This document shows, piece after piece, positions 63,960 to 64,000 of a stretch of 64,000 nt of DNA (positions are counted from its first letter, which is position 1; every line of letters starts with the position of its first letter). The stretch is from a virus. Taxonomy: Duplodnaviria; Caudoviricetes. The DNA is taken from IMG/VR virus record IMGVR_UViG_3300036453_000012, positions 1 through 64,000 of that record. One strand, written 5' to 3'. The position numbers and the translations under genes are program-made. The notes below the pieces were generated by a model. The model ran no database searches. It was not told where the DNA came from and saw only the letters and a list, made by a program, of their open reading frames with translations.

Positions 63960-64000
63960 TAGTTATTTTCTACGGTTAATTCTACATAGAAGTTTTGAGC

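Noticed and set aside
1-64000. Stop-codon reassignment or a eukaryotic giant-virus origin
   Set aside because: Long genes are intact in code 11 and end in all three stops; SD sites, contractile tail genes and an HK97-type capsid indicate a bacteriophage

Overview
This 64 kb window comes from a large lytic myovirus-type phage. It uses the standard genetic code and has Shine-Dalgarno sites. The host is probably proteobacterial, which is weak inference from the accessory gene families. Two gene classes are interleaved. (i) Mostly minus-strand virion genes encode a spike-like protein, tail tube, tail sheath, neck proteins, fibres, HK97-type major capsid, decoration protein, scaffolds, prohead protease, many core proteins, a lytic transglycosylase and a split RNA polymerase beta-prime C-terminal subunit. 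(ii) Plus-strand islands of small genes each start at a strict bipartite promoter, TTCAA-N16-TGGTATAAG (12 copies plus 1 variant), and end at an intrinsic terminator. They carry two RNA ligases, PNKP, a metallophosphoesterase, a macrodomain, a Hef-like endonuclease and Rha; a tRNA-Gly lies on the opposite strand. Five things stand out. (1) A retron-type reverse transcriptase operon sits beside an iteron-like GGACA repeat region, with a 239-nt overlapping partner gene and a structured 3-prime RNA. (2) A 9-aa tag, N-[KR]-Y-L-x-K-[IV]-A, occurs in 12 otherwise unrelated proteins and aligns with the T4 capsid-targeting sequence. It is attached to an ADP-ribosyltransferase-like protein, an SNF2 helicase and a LigD phosphoesterase fusion that lie near an ATP-dependent DNA ligase, which suggests packaged, injected enzyme cargo processed at K-x-A sites. 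(3) A perfect 131-bp terminator-promoter-RBS repeat defines an exchangeable one-gene cassette. (4) Two promoter-to-terminator units look like non-coding RNAs, one with nine 12-nt repeats. (5) A late-type motif, YTAAAATA, lies 4-5 nt from several start codons, suggesting leaderless mRNAs. All family assignments come from motif recognition by eye; no database searches were run.
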